Of a stretch of 64,000 bases of DNA, positions 1 through 12,273 are shown one piece after another. The position numbers and the translations under genes are program-made. The stretch comes from an uncultured Gemmatimonadales bacterium (GTDB lineage: Bacteria > Gemmatimonadota > Gemmatimonadetes > Gemmatimonadales > GWC2-71-9), in assembly GCA_963798915.1 (NCBI GenBank), contig CAWCVB010000006.1, positions 64,001 through 128,000 on the forward strand. The letters run 5' to 3'. The notes beneath the pieces are model-generated. The model searched no databases, had not been told where the DNA came from, and worked only from the letters and a program-made list of their open reading frames with translations. The stretch's first letter is position 1. Each line of letters starts with the position of its first letter.

Positions 1-601
1 GCACACGTGTGCACAGTTCTTCCACGAGATGAAGCAGGTGCGAACTCAGGATCACGGCCGCGCCCGCGAGGGCGCGCTGGCGGATGGTTGCCTTCATGCG
101 CCGGATGCCGATCGGATCCAGGCCGGTGAGCGGTTCGTCAAACATCAGTACTGTGGGCGCGTGGAGGAGGCCGCTTGCGATTGCAAGCTTCTGCTTCATG
201 CCGCGCGACAGCTCCGGCGGAAAGGCATTGATCCTGTCCGTCAGTTCCAGCTCGTCCAGCAGCGCCGCGCGTCGCTCGGCGGCATTCTGCACGCCGTAAA
301 GGCGCGCGACGAAGTCAAGATGCTCGCCGACCGTGAGATAGTCGAACAGGTGTGGCTCGTCCGGAATGAACGCGAGGCGGCGCTTCGCGGCCAACGGCTC
401 GGTCGCCAGGTCGAAACCGGCAATGTGAATTCGCCCGGCTGAGGGTACAATGATGCCGGCCAGGCTGCGCAGCGTGGTCGTCTTGCCGGCGCCATTGGGA
501 CCCACCAGGCCCAGCACCTCGCCGGGACCGACGGCAAAGCTGAGGTTCCGCACCGCCAGACGATCGCCGTAGTTCTTGGTCAAGCCAGCAACGTCAATCA
601 A
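1..601 (-). CDS. ABC transporter ATP-binding protein (3' end runs off the window)
   Basis: Translated by hand from TTG at 601 with a [53 protein letters not shown] (Walker A), then LSRGMKQKL and LDEPLTGLDP. Not in the ORF track because there is no stop in the window. Confidence 0.9.
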   Translation of the reverse strand, partial: MIDVAGLTKNYGDRLAVRNLSFAVGPGEVLGLVGPNGAGKTTTLRSLAGIIVPSAGRIHIAGFDLATEPLAAKRRLAFIPDEPHLFDYLTVGEHLDFVARLYGVQNAAERRAALLDELELTDRINAFPPELSRGMKQKLAIASGLLHAPTVLMFDEPLTGLDPIGIRRMKATIRQRALAGAAVILSSHLLHLVEELCTRV

Positions 602-641
602 GTCGCCTCCGGCAGTGCTGGCAGCCGATTCCCTAAGGCCT

Positions 642-669
642 TTGCCGCCAATGAGCTATGCGATATAGT
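642..669 (+). promoter_or_regulatory. Putative sigma70-type promoter
   Basis: TTGCCG-N16-TATAGT in the AT-richer divergent intergenic region. Confidence 0.35.
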
Positions 670-767
670 TAAGCGATTGCGTGAACGGCGCCTTCGGCCC
701 TGAAACTTTTTCCCTTCTGGCGACGTTTCGTGGTGCATCGTCCGGAACCTCTCCGTCAGGCGGCTGC

Positions 768-1382
768 ATGCGTTCCTACTGGGTCAAAATCATCGGCGGC
801 GCAGTTCTCATCTTCGCCGTGGGCATGATCATCCGAACCATGGTCCACAAGGTCAGGCGAGGCGTCGAATACGTGAGCAATGGAACGGGGCCGATCAGCT
901 GGCCGGTGTTCTTCCTCCCGTTCGATCTGGATGGCCGGCGCCTGGGTCGCTTGCGCGACGTCACAATCTACCGGGACAGCACCCGGAACCCGTCATCAGT
1001 CGCGGCAAGCGTTTCCCTCGCCGACACCGTGTCGGAGGACGAGCTGGCGCGTTGTATCATCGCCCTGGTTCCCGATAGTGCCGGCAATATCAACCCGCTT
1101 CACTTCCGCTGCCTGTCTGGCAGCGATACCGCCGGACGCAATCTGGCCCAATTTGGCGTGCTTCGGGTGCGCTCCAGCCGGGACACGTTCCCGCTCTTTG
1201 CGCCTGCGGACAAGGTCGGCGCCCTTCGCAGCGAGTGGGGCCACGGCATGAGCAGCGCTGATTCGAGCCGCCGAGCGATGAACGACTCGCTGCGGGATGC
1301 TGTCCACAGCCAGATCGAGAGCACCCTTGACCGTGCCCAGCAGACCGCCGAGTCGCTGCGGGGAACACTGCCACACCAGTGA
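768..1382 (+). CDS. Hypothetical membrane-anchored protein
   Basis: N-terminal hydrophobic helix ([19 protein letters not shown]); stop overlaps the next start; no family recognised. Confidence 0.6.
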   Translation: MRSYWVKIIGGAVLIFAVGMIIRTMVHKVRRGVEYVSNGTGPISWPVFFLPFDLDGRRLGRLRDVTIYRDSTRNPSSVAASVSLADTVSEDELARCIIALVPDSAGNINPLHFRCLSGSDTAGRNLAQFGVLRVRSSRDTFPLFAPADKVGALRSEWGHGMSSADSSRRAMNDSLRDAVHSQIESTLDRAQQTAESLRGTLPHQ

Positions 1383-1966
1383 AGCTCCTGGTCATCGACA
1401 ATTATGACAGCTTCACATGGAACCTGGTGCAGCTGTTCGGGGCACTTGGCGCCACGCCGTCGGTCCATCGCAATGATGCGCTGAGCGTCGCTGAGGCACT
1501 GGCCCTGGAGCCGGACGCGATCGTCATATCGCCCGGGCCCTGTACGCCGGCCGAAGCGGGCATTTCCATTCCCCTGGCTCGTGCGGCGGCCGGTCGGAGC
1601 ATTCCGCTGCTTGGGGTCTGCCTGGGTCACCAGGCGCTGGCCATGGCCTTCGGGGGCAAGGTGGAACGGGCCCCGCGGCTCATGCATGGAAAGACGTCCC
1701 GCATTGACCATCGCGGTACCGGACTCTTCCAGGGCCTGGCGAAACCGCTCACCGTCATGCGCTACCACTCGCTCGTGGTGGCTGCGGACGCCCTTCCTGA
1801 GGTGTTCGAGACCACGGCGCACACGCTGGACGCAGACGACCCGACGCTCATGGCGATGGCGCACCGCCGGCTGCCGCTGCACGGGGTCCAATTCCATCCT
1901 GAGTCGATTGGAAGCGACGCCGGCCTCGCCCTGCTGCAGAATTTTCTGGACCTTGCCAGTGGTTGA
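1379..1966 (+). CDS. trpG: Anthranilate/aminodeoxychorismate synthase component II (class I glutamine amidotransferase, TrpG/PabA)
   Basis: [26 protein letters not shown] and QFHPES motifs. Confidence 0.92.
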   Translation: MKLLVIDNYDSFTWNLVQLFGALGATPSVHRNDALSVAEALALEPDAIVISPGPCTPAEAGISIPLARAAAGRSIPLLGVCLGHQALAMAFGGKVERAPRLMHGKTSRIDHRGTGLFQGLAKPLTVMRYHSLVVAADALPEVFETTAHTLDADDPTLMAMAHRRLPLHGVQFHPESIGSDAGLALLQNFLDLASG

Positions 1967-2031
1967 TCGCCGTCGCTGCTGGCCCTAGCTTCCCAGCTCC
2001 CTCTGGACCTTCACAGGTGCGGCACCATCAT

Positions 2032-3492
2032 ATGAATTCCCGAAGCATAGCGGTCCTCACTGGCGCCGTGGCGGGTCTCCTTGCCTGCACGCCGGCGCCG
2101 GCCACCACTCCCGGCCCGGTGGACTCGAGCGAGGCCGGAAAGCCCGGTTCCCCAGGTGGGCCCTTCCAGACGGCGGAGGAGGGGGGTCGCGTCGACAACA
2201 GCACGACGGCATATCCCTCGACCTACCATCCACTCCCGGCACATACCGTAGTCATCCGTGGCGCCACAGTGCTGACTGCCGCAGGACCGACGCTCACTGG
2301 AGCATCGTTGCTCCTGCAGAACGGTCAGGTAGCAGCGGTGGGGACGGACCTCACGGTGCCGGCGGATGCCGAAGTGGTCGACGCATCGGGCAAGTGGGTC
2401 ACGCCTGGCCTCATCGACACGCATTCGCATCTTGGCGTCTACGCGGCGCCGGGCGGCTGGTCGCTCTCAGATGGCAATGAGGCAACCAGTCCGAATACGG
2501 CGGAAGTCTGGGCCGAGCATTCGATCTGGCCACAGGATCCGCAGTTCGGGCTGGCGCTGGCGGGCGGTGTCACCACGCTGGAGATCCTGCCGGGCTCCGC
2601 CAACCTGTTCGGCGGCCGGGGCGTTGTTCTGCGAAACCTGGCCGGCACCACGGTCCAGGAGATGAAATTTCCCAATGCGCCGTATGCGCTCAAGATGGCA
2701 TGCGGCGAAAATCCCAAGCGGGTCTATGGCAATCGCGGCCGCGCGCCTTCTACCCGAATGGGAAACATGGCCGGTTATCGCGAGGCCTGGATTCGGGCCA
2801 CCGCCTACAAGCGGAAATGGGACAAGTGGCGCCAGGACGGGTCGGATGCCGCCACCATGCCGGACCGTGACTTGGCCATGGAGACGCTCATGGGCGTCCT
2901 CGACGGGCAGATCCGGATCCAGAACCACTGCTATCGCGCCGACGAGATGGCCGAAATGGTGGCGATGTCGAAGGAGTTCGGCTACCACATCGCTTCATTC
3001 CACCACGCAGTGGAGGCATACAAGATTCGCGACCTGCTCAAGCGCGAAGGTATCTGCGCCAGCATGTGGTCCGATTGGTGGGGGTTCAAGCTGGAGGCAT
3101 ACGACGGCATTCGCCAGAACATTGCGCTCATGGCAGCGGACGGTGGCTGCGCCATCCTGCACACTGACGACCCGGACGGCATTCAGCGGATGAACCAGGA
3201 CGCCGCCAAGGCACTCGAGGCGGGGCTTGAGGCCGGGCTGTCGCTGACCCGTGAGGACGCCATCAAGTGGATCACGATCAACCCGGCCAAGGCGCTTGGG
3301 CTCGACCAGGAGGTCGGATCGCTGGAGCCCGGGAAGCGTGCCGATGTCGTGATCTGGTCGGCGGATCCCTTCAGCGTCTACAGCCACGCGGAGCGGGTCT
3401 ACCTCGATGGGGCGTTGGTGTACGACCGGTCCGATCCTGCGCGCCGGCCGGTAAGCGACTTCATGCTGGGCCAGCCGGGGGTATCGCCATGA
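2032..3492 (+). CDS. Amidohydrolase family protein, probable lipoprotein
   Basis: PGLIDTHSH metal motif, GSLEPGKRADVVIW, LLAC lipobox-like signal. Confidence 0.88.
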   Translation: MNSRSIAVLTGAVAGLLACTPAPATTPGPVDSSEAGKPGSPGGPFQTAEEGGRVDNSTTAYPSTYHPLPAHTVVIRGATVLTAAGPTLTGASLLLQNGQVAAVGTDLTVPADAEVVDASGKWVTPGLIDTHSHLGVYAAPGGWSLSDGNEATSPNTAEVWAEHSIWPQDPQFGLALAGGVTTLEILPGSANLFGGRGVVLRNLAGTTVQEMKFPNAPYALKMACGENPKRVYGNRGRAPSTRMGNMAGYREAWIRATAYKRKWDKWRQDGSDAATMPDRDLAMETLMGVLDGQIRIQNHCYRADEMAEMVAMSKEFGYHIASFHHAVEAYKIRDLLKREGICASMWSDWWGFKLEAYDGIRQNIALMAADGGCAILHTDDPDGIQRMNQDAAKALEAGLEAGLSLTREDAIKWITINPAKALGLDQEVGSLEPGKRADVVIWSADPFSVYSHAERVYLDGALVYDRSDPARRPVSDFMLGQPGVSP

Positions 3493-4766
3493 GAGCCATG
3501 ATTGCCGTCGCCGCGTGTGCGGCCATGCTTGGCGCAGCGCGCACCGCGGGCGGCCAGACCCTGGCGATTACCGGCGGGCGAGTGCTGACTGGCACCGGTT
3601 CCACTCTCGATCATGCCGTCGTCCTCATTCGCGATGGGCGCATTGCCGCCATCGGGTCCGATGTGGCGGTGCCGGCTGGCGTTCGCACCGTGGACGCGCG
3701 GGGCAAGATCGTGACCCCTGGCTTGCTGAATTCGTTCACGACGCTTGGCGTCGTGGAAATCGAGGCAGTGGACGAAACCAACGATGCGGCCAGCGCCAAT
3801 GACGAGATCACGGCGGCCTTCGACGTGCGCTACGGGCTGAACCCGCGTTCGACCCTGATCCCGATCGAGCGCGACGGGGGCATTACGGAGGCGGTCGTCG
3901 CGCCGAACCCGCGTGCGTCGATCATCGCGGGGCAGGGCGTGCTGATCCACCTGGCGGGCAGCGCCGCTGATTCGATGCTGGACCGCGGCCCGGTGGCCAT
4001 GTTCGGCATCCTGGACGACAATGCCGCGCAGCGAACCGGCGGCGCTCGTGGAACAGCCATCCTGCGCATGCGGGAGTTGCTGGAGGACGTGCGGGTTTAC
4101 GCCGCCAATCCTGCCGCCTATGAGAACCGCGACCGGCGAAACCTGAGCCTCTCCCGGCTCGATCTCGAAGCCATGGTGCCCGTGGTGCAGGGGAAACTGC
4201 CCCTGGTGCTCGCCGTGGAACGATCGTCCGACATCCTCAATGCACTGGCGCTGGCGCGGGAGTTCAAGCTGCGCCTGGTGCTCTCCGGAGCCGCCGAGGG
4301 TTGGATGGTTGCCGATGCGATCGCAAGGGCAGGGGTCCCGGTAATCATGAACCCGCTGACTGATATCCCGGGGTACGACAACCTGGGGGCATCACTGGAA
4401 AATGCGGCGAGGCTGCAACGCGCGGGTGTGATGATTGCGTTCGCGACCTTCGATGCGCACAACGCGCGGAACCTTCGCTTCCTGGCCGGAAATGCCGTGG
4501 CCAACGGGTTGGCGTATGATGATGCGCTGGCTGCCATCACCTCGGTGCCGGCCCGGATCTGGGGGCTGGATGGCGAGCTCGGGAGTCTGTCACCGGGCCA
4601 TCGGGCTGACCTGGTCATCTGGTCGGGTGATCCGTTCGAGTTGATGACCCGGGCAGAACAAGTGTTCATCGGCGGTCGCGAGATGCCGCCGGATAACCGC
4701 CAGCGTGAGCTGCTGGCCCGGTATCGCAACCTGAGCGATAGTCTGCCGGCCCAATACCGCCATTGA
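3489..4766 (+). CDS. Amidohydrolase family protein, secreted, metal site degenerate
   Basis: DARGKIVTPGL and GSLSPGHRADLVIWSGDPF; HxH replaced by NSFT; signal peptide. Confidence 0.85.
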   Translation: MRAMIAVAACAAMLGAARTAGGQTLAITGGRVLTGTGSTLDHAVVLIRDGRIAAIGSDVAVPAGVRTVDARGKIVTPGLLNSFTTLGVVEIEAVDETNDAASANDEITAAFDVRYGLNPRSTLIPIERDGGITEAVVAPNPRASIIAGQGVLIHLAGSAADSMLDRGPVAMFGILDDNAAQRTGGARGTAILRMRELLEDVRVYAANPAAYENRDRRNLSLSRLDLEAMVPVVQGKLPLVLAVERSSDILNALALAREFKLRLVLSGAAEGWMVADAIARAGVPVIMNPLTDIPGYDNLGASLENAARLQRAGVMIAFATFDAHNARNLRFLAGNAVANGLAYDDALAAITSVPARIWGLDGELGSLSPGHRADLVIWSGDPFELMTRAEQVFIGGREMPPDNRQRELLARYRNLSDSLPAQYRH

Positions 4767-4776
4767 GGCCAGGCAG

Positions 4777-4813
4777 CGACGGGGCGCCCGGTGCAACACT
4801 GGGCGCCCCGTCG
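4777..4813 (+). terminator. GC-rich hairpin (terminator or mRNA-stabilising)
   Basis: CGACGGGGCGCCC...GGGCGCCCCGTCG inverted repeat just after the stop; no U-tract. Confidence 0.45.
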
Positions 4814-4881
4814 CCGTATAGGAGAGGATGCCCAGTGCCTCGTTCGGGCGCCACCACCCCCTTCATCGAGGATGTTACCTG

Positions 4882-7134
4882 ATGCGCCTTCGCGTCTGGC
4901 CAGTCTTCGCCGCGGTTACCCTGCTGTCCGCCTTCGGGCCACTGTCCCTGCTGGCACAACAGAAGGCCACATTCGCCACGCGTCAGGAGGCATTAAGCGC
5001 CGGCCGGGCACTCTCAGGCGGGTTCGGGCCGCGTGGCGTGACCTGGATCGATGGCGGTGAGCGGTACTCCTACACCGCGCGGGAAGAGGGCGGGGAAGTG
5101 ATCCGGAGCGTGGAGCCAGCCTCGGGTCGGGACCAGCTGCTGTTCAGCCCAGCCGGGCTCACCTTCCCCGGAACCGACAGCGCCTTCCGCTATGTCTCCT
5201 TCCAGTGGGCGGCCGACTCCCGCCATCTCGTCTTCCAGGCCAATTTCCGCCGCCTCTACCGCCGGTCCGGCACCTCGGACTTCTACGTCTATACGCTGGC
5301 CAACAAGCACCTGCAACTGGCGGCCGAAGGGGCCCGCACTGCCGAGCTCTCACCGGACGGCTCGCGCCTTGGCTATGAGCGCGACGGCGACCTGTTCGTC
5401 ACTGAGCTGGCTTCGGCGCGCCAGACCCGCCTCACCGATGATGCCACGGAGAACGTGCATAACGGACGGTTCGACTGGGTCTACGAGGAGGAGTTCGGGC
5501 TGGCACAGGCGTGGAAATGGTCACCGGACAGTCGCAACATCGCGTTCTGGCAGTTGGACGAGAGTCCCGAACCAGCTGTCCAGTTCACCGATTTTTCCGG
5601 CGTGCATCCCGAGTGGGATCGCATCCGCATTCCGCAGCCGGGCGACAGCAATGCGCACGTCCGCATCGGCGTTGTGGACGTGCAGACCGGGCGCAAGACC
5701 TGGCTGGCGCCGGGGGCCGATGGCGGGGAGTACATCCCGCGGATCTACTGGACCAGCGAACCGGATACCCTGGCGGTCGTGACCCTCAACCGGTCGCAGA
5801 ACGAGATGAAGCTCTTCTTCTTTGACATCCATGACGGCGGCAAGCGTCTGGTGATGACGGAGCGCTCGCCGGCCTGGGTGGACGTGTACGACTTTTACGC
5901 CGGCGTCCAGGACATGCTCACGTTTCCCGCCGGCTCGCATGAGTTCTTCTGGATTTCGGATCGGGATGGATGGCAGCATCTGTATCGGTATGACTATGCA
6001 GGCCGAATGGTGAAGCAGGTCACGAGTGGCAACTGGAGCGTCACGCGGGTGGAAGGCACTGATCCCTCCAGGCACGTCGTCTATTTCAGTTCGACCCGGA
6101 ATTCGCCACTGGAGCGCCAGCTCTATTCAGTCCGGTTTGACGGAAGCCGCCTGACCCGTCTGACGACCACTACCGGCACCCACAGCATCAACATGGCGCC
6201 CAACGCCCGCTACTACATCGACAGCTGGTCGTCGGTGACCCAGCCCCGCCAGGTGGAACTCTGGGCAACCGCTGGCAAGCGCCTGCGCACGCTGGAAGCC
6301 AATGCCGGCGTCGCCGATTGGCTCAAGACCCATGCCTACTCGCCGACGGAGCTCTTCAGTTTCACCACCTCCGACGGCCAGCAACTCGACGGCTCCATGG
6401 TCAAGCCATACCCGTTCGACAGCACCCGCCGCTATCCCGTGATCTTCTCGATCTACGGCGGGCCTGGATCGCAACAGGTCTACAACGTTTTCGGCTCGAG
6501 CGGCTGGACCCAATGGCTGGCGCAGGAAGGATATATCGTCGTCGGCCTCAACAATCGTGGCTCAAACAACTATGGCAGCAAGTTCATGAAGGTGGTGCAC
6601 CAGCAGCTCGGCAAGTGGGAGAGTCACGATTTTGCGGAGGCAGCCCGGTATCTGGCCAGGCTCCCCTACGTGGACGGAGAGCACGTGGCCATCATGGGCG
6701 GCAGCTATGGTGGCTACTCCACCGTGTTCACGATGGAGTCCTACCCCGACATCTTCAAAGTTGGCGTGGCCAATTCGGCCGTGACCGACTGGCGCCTGTA
6801 CGACGACATCTACACCGAGCGCTACATGAACACGCCGGCGCTCAACGCTGCCGGCTACGACACCAGTTCGGCCGTCCAGCATGCGGCCGCCCTCACCGGA
6901 CGCCTCCTGCTCATCCATTCGATGATGGATGACAATGTCCACCCGCAGAACACCATGCAGCTCCTGACGGCACTGACCAACGCAGGCCACGATGTCGACA
7001 CCAGGATCTATCCGCCGGGCCACCACGGCGCCGCCTACAACGGTCCGAGCAGCATGCTGATTCAGCAGGTCACGGACGAATTCCTGTCCGAGCACCTCAA
7101 GCCAAATGCGGCCACTGGGACCGCGATACCGTGA
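4882..7134 (+). CDS. S9B dipeptidyl-peptidase IV family protein
   Basis: DWVYEEE, YGGPGSQ, GGSYGG nucleophile, DDNVH and catalytic His; signal peptide. Confidence 0.93.
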   Translation: MRLRVWPVFAAVTLLSAFGPLSLLAQQKATFATRQEALSAGRALSGGFGPRGVTWIDGGERYSYTAREEGGEVIRSVEPASGRDQLLFSPAGLTFPGTDSAFRYVSFQWAADSRHLVFQANFRRLYRRSGTSDFYVYTLANKHLQLAAEGARTAELSPDGSRLGYERDGDLFVTELASARQTRLTDDATENVHNGRFDWVYEEEFGLAQAWKWSPDSRNIAFWQLDESPEPAVQFTDFSGVHPEWDRIRIPQPGDSNAHVRIGVVDVQTGRKTWLAPGADGGEYIPRIYWTSEPDTLAVVTLNRSQNEMKLFFFDIHDGGKRLVMTERSPAWVDVYDFYAGVQDMLTFPAGSHEFFWISDRDGWQHLYRYDYAGRMVKQVTSGNWSVTRVEGTDPSRHVVYFSSTRNSPLERQLYSVRFDGSRLTRLTTTTGTHSINMAPNARYYIDSWSSVTQPRQVELWATAGKRLRTLEANAGVADWLKTHAYSPTELFSFTTSDGQQLDGSMVKPYPFDSTRRYPVIFSIYGGPGSQQVYNVFGSSGWTQWLAQEGYIVVGLNNRGSNNYGSKFMKVVHQQLGKWESHDFAEAARYLARLPYVDGEHVAIMGGSYGGYSTVFTMESYPDIFKVGVANSAVTDWRLYDDIYTERYMNTPALNAAGYDTSSAVQHAAALTGRLLLIHSMMDDNVHPQNTMQLLTALTNAGHDVDTRIYPPGHHGAAYNGPSSMLIQQVTDEFLSEHLKPNAATGTAIP

Positions 7135-7168
7135 AATGCCTTTCATCCTACACTGCCGGAGGAAGATC

Positions 7169-8935
7169 TTGATCCGAGTCCGCCTGTACGCAACGCTGCT
7201 CGCCGGGGCCATGGTCCTTGGTTGCGCCGGTGCCAAGTCGCCGACGCCAGCACCCGAGCCGGCCGTCGCCGGTCCGGACGGTGTCGTGCCGTTGCCGGCC
7301 ACCACCCTGCCGAGGACCCACGCTCCGCAGCCCACGTCGGCCGGGATCAGCGCCCGCGATCTCATGACCCGGCTCTACATCTACGCTGACGATTCGATGC
7401 AGGGACGGGAAGCCGGGACCATTGGCAACGTCAAGGCGACCGACTACATCGCCGCCGAGGCGGCGAAAATCGGCCTGGAACCGGCCGGCGACAACGGCAC
7501 CTATTTCCAGACCATACCTGCCGCTACCCGCCGGATCGATCCGGCATCGCAGTTCACTGTGAATAGCCAGCCCCTGACGCTCTTCACCGACTACGTGGTC
7601 AACGGCTCCGGGGACGTTTCGCTTTCTGCGCTCCCCGTGGTGTACGGCGGAGCCATCGGTGACTCCTCGACCATGATTTCGGCCGACCAGGCCAAGGGCA
7701 AACTGGTCGTGCTGGGGGCTCCGGATGGCTTGGCCTCGCTTCGGCGTATCCGGCGGCTCCCGCCGCAACTCGAGGGAGCGGCCGCGGTCGGGCTGGCCGT
7801 GCTCGATTCCTATCCGCCGGCCTTCCTTGAGCGATTGAAGGAGCCCCGGCTCTTCCTGAACGACAATCCCAATGAGCGTCCCGCCGGTCAGCCCACGGTG
7901 CTGCTCAGTGATCGTGCCGCCGTGATGATGTTCGGCAAGCCCCTCGCGGATCTCGCTGTCGGAGCAGCCGGGGCGACCGCGAACCTCGCCGTTCGCTACA
8001 TCACCGAGCCATCGCGCTTCCCGGCCCGCAACGTCGTGGGCATCGTGCGCGGCAGCGACCCGGCGCTGCGCAATGAGTATGTGGCCGTGGGCGCGCATAA
8101 TGACCATATCGGAATGACAGGCCGACCGGTCGATCATGACTCGATCCGGATCTGGAACCATATTGTTCGCCCCGAAGGCGCTGACGACGGCGGCAAGCAA
8201 GCCTCGCCCGAGCAACAGGCGCGGGTCAATGCCGCGCTGGCCGCCTTCCGGGCCGCGCATCCCGGCATGGGCCGCCTGGATTCCATAAGCAACGGCGCGG
8301 ACGACGACGGAACCGGAACGGTGACGGTCCTCGAGCTGGCGCAGAAGATCGCGTCCATGAAGACCAAGCCCAAGCGCTCGCTGCTCTTTGTCTGGCATGT
8401 CGGGGAAGAGAAGGGACTGTGGGGCTCGCACTACTTCACCGACCATCCGACCGTGCCGCGCGATTCGATCGTGGCCCAGTTGAATATGGACATGGTCGGA
8501 CGAGGCGAGGCGTACGACGAAACCGGCCGGACCAAGGATGGGACGCCAATCCACGGCGGGCCCAACTACCTGCAGCTGGTGGGCTCGCGGCGGCTCTCCA
8601 CCGAGCTCGGCGACATGGTGGAGACCGTCAACCAGACGGGTGGCCACCATATGCAGCTGGATTACTCCATCGACGCGGACGGCCACCCCTCGCGCATCTA
8701 CTGCCGCAGCGATCACTACGAGTATGCCAGATACGGCATCCCGATCGTCTTCTTCACCACTGGACTGCACTCCGACTACCACCAGGTGACTGACGAGCCG
8801 CAGTACATCGAATACCAGCACATGGCGCGGATCGCCAATTTCCTGGAAGATCTGGCAGTCCAGGTCGCGAACATGGATCATCGCCCAGTCGTGGACAAGC
8901 CAAAGCCGGATCCGAACGGCCGGTGCGTGCAGTAG
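7169..8935 (+). CDS. M28 family metallopeptidase, probable lipoprotein
   Basis: GAHNDH, NGADDDGTG, GEEKGLWGS, NMDMVGR, RSDHY, DYHQVTD; VLGC lipobox; GGAGG before TTG 7169. Confidence 0.9.
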   Translation: MIRVRLYATLLAGAMVLGCAGAKSPTPAPEPAVAGPDGVVPLPATTLPRTHAPQPTSAGISARDLMTRLYIYADDSMQGREAGTIGNVKATDYIAAEAAKIGLEPAGDNGTYFQTIPAATRRIDPASQFTVNSQPLTLFTDYVVNGSGDVSLSALPVVYGGAIGDSSTMISADQAKGKLVVLGAPDGLASLRRIRRLPPQLEGAAAVGLAVLDSYPPAFLERLKEPRLFLNDNPNERPAGQPTVLLSDRAAVMMFGKPLADLAVGAAGATANLAVRYITEPSRFPARNVVGIVRGSDPALRNEYVAVGAHNDHIGMTGRPVDHDSIRIWNHIVRPEGADDGGKQASPEQQARVNAALAAFRAAHPGMGRLDSISNGADDDGTGTVTVLELAQKIASMKTKPKRSLLFVWHVGEEKGLWGSHYFTDHPTVPRDSIVAQLNMDMVGRGEAYDETGRTKDGTPIHGGPNYLQLVGSRRLSTELGDMVETVNQTGGHHMQLDYSIDADGHPSRIYCRSDHYEYARYGIPIVFFTTGLHSDYHQVTDEPQYIEYQHMARIANFLEDLAVQVANMDHRPVVDKPKPDPNGRCVQ

Positions 8936-8950
8936 CGCGACGGACGCAGG

Positions 8951-8981
8951 ACGGGTGGTCACCCACAGGGTGCCACCCGTC
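8951..8981 (+). terminator. Hairpin after the M28 peptidase
   Basis: GACGGGTGG...CCACCCGTC inverted repeat; no U-tract. Confidence 0.4.
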
Positions 8982-9017
8982 AGCCATCCGCATCTCATCC
9001 TCCACCATCAAGGTGTC

Positions 9018-9854
9018 ATGATTCACTGGGCTCCGCTGCATCCACAGCTTGTGCATTTCGTGATCGCGCTCGGACTGGTGGGTGTCGCACTCCGGCTGGT
9101 CTCGCTCACCGGCCAGGCAGCGTGGACCAGGCCTTCCGGCGCGGTGCTGCTCATCGTTACCGCCATCGTCAGTATCGCGGCTGTTCGCTCCGGCACGGCC
9201 GCGCATGGCCCAGTGGAACGGATCCCCGGTGCCGGTGAGGCGGTGGAACGCCACGAAGAGTCGGGTGAGACCACCCGGAACATCTTCCTGGCCGTGGGAG
9301 CGCTGGAGCTGCTCGGGCTCGCCCTCGCTTCCCGGCCCAGGGTTCGGCGCTGGGTCCTGCTGGCATCCGCGCTCACTGGCGTCGTCGCAGCCTATCAGGT
9401 CTACGTCACGGGTCAGGAGGGTGGGGAACTGGTCTACGCCTATGCCGGGGGCCCAGGACTTCGGTCGGGCAACCCGACGGACGTCCGGCGGCTGCTGATC
9501 GCCGGGCTCTACGCCCAGGCCGCGGCCGCCCGCGATTCGGGCCATGTGGAGGAGGCGGCACGGCTGACCGACGAGCTGGTGCGTCAGATGCCCGAGGACC
9601 GGTCGGTGGCGCTCCTGTCAATCCGTTCTCAGATCCAGGACCGCCACGATCCGGCGGCAGCGCTCGCCGCCCTCGATTCATTGCCGCTGGGTAGCGACAA
9701 CCCGCGCTGGGAGATGCAGCTGGGCCTGGCGCGGAGCGAGGCGTTGACGGCGGCGGGCCGGGCGGATTCGGCCCACGCGGTGCTCATCGCCCTCGCCCGG
9801 AAGTACCCACAGAGTCGCATGCTGCAGCGGGCACTGGAGCGAGCCGGCCAGTAG
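9018..9854 (+). CDS. DUF2231-like membrane protein with helical (TPR-like) C-terminus
   Basis: LHPQLVHFVIAL, four TM helices, ERHEE and GGELVY motifs. Confidence 0.65.
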   Translation: MIHWAPLHPQLVHFVIALGLVGVALRLVSLTGQAAWTRPSGAVLLIVTAIVSIAAVRSGTAAHGPVERIPGAGEAVERHEESGETTRNIFLAVGALELLGLALASRPRVRRWVLLASALTGVVAAYQVYVTGQEGGELVYAYAGGPGLRSGNPTDVRRLLIAGLYAQAAAARDSGHVEEAARLTDELVRQMPEDRSVALLSIRSQIQDRHDPAAALAALDSLPLGSDNPRWEMQLGLARSEALTAAGRADSAHAVLIALARKYPQSRMLQRALERAGQ

Positions 9855-9925
9855 CAGCCCGGGGCCAGCCCTTGACGGCTGGCCCCCTCGTACGCAGCAG
9901 TTATGCCACGCCCGCGGCATGACTT

Positions 9926-11739
<1,814 letters not shown>

Positions 11740-11740
<1 letters not shown>

Positions 11741-12273
11741 TGCGGACGCTGCCGCTCGCCGCCATGCTCGGCATGGTACTGGCCTGCCACAGCGGCCCAA
11801 CCAGGCCCGGCGGTGCCTTTGCCGAGGCGGACAGCGCCGACATGCGGATGCTGAATTTCGACTACAACGTCACTCGCAACGGGATTCGGCGGAGCCGGCT
11901 GGAAGCCGACACCGCCTACTTCTACGACAGCGAGCAGACCAGCATGCTGCGGCATGTGCGGGCAACGTTCTTCAATGACATCGGCACCCCCCGGGCCACC
12001 CTTACTGCCGACGGGATGAAGTACAACCTGCGGGACGGCTCCATGCGCGCCGAGGGTCACGTGGCGCTGGTGGGACCGGCGGGAGAACGGCTGACCACCT
12101 CGGTCCTGGTCTTCGACGTGAACCGGAACACCCTGTCGAGCGACCGGCCCTTCGTGCTCCTGCGCGGTGGCGAACGGCTGCAGGGGTCGGGCTTCGATGC
12201 CGACGCCGACTTTTCTCGGTTCCAGGCCAGTCGCCTGCGCGGCGTGACGGCCGATACGGCGTTGCGCCAGTGA
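11740..12273 (+). CDS. lptC: LPS export ABC transporter periplasmic protein LptC-like
   Basis: LAC lipobox, beta-jellyroll-like pattern (LEADTA, LTAD, LQGSGFDAD), position upstream of lptA-like and lptB. Confidence 0.75.

Noticed and set aside
7148..8998. 616-aa minus-strand ORF and similar long antisense ORFs (14654-16096, 33239-34528, 49346-51436, 55764-57041, 60042-61415)
   Set aside because: Shadows of well-supported genes on the opposite strand, expected in high-GC DNA; no family motifs.
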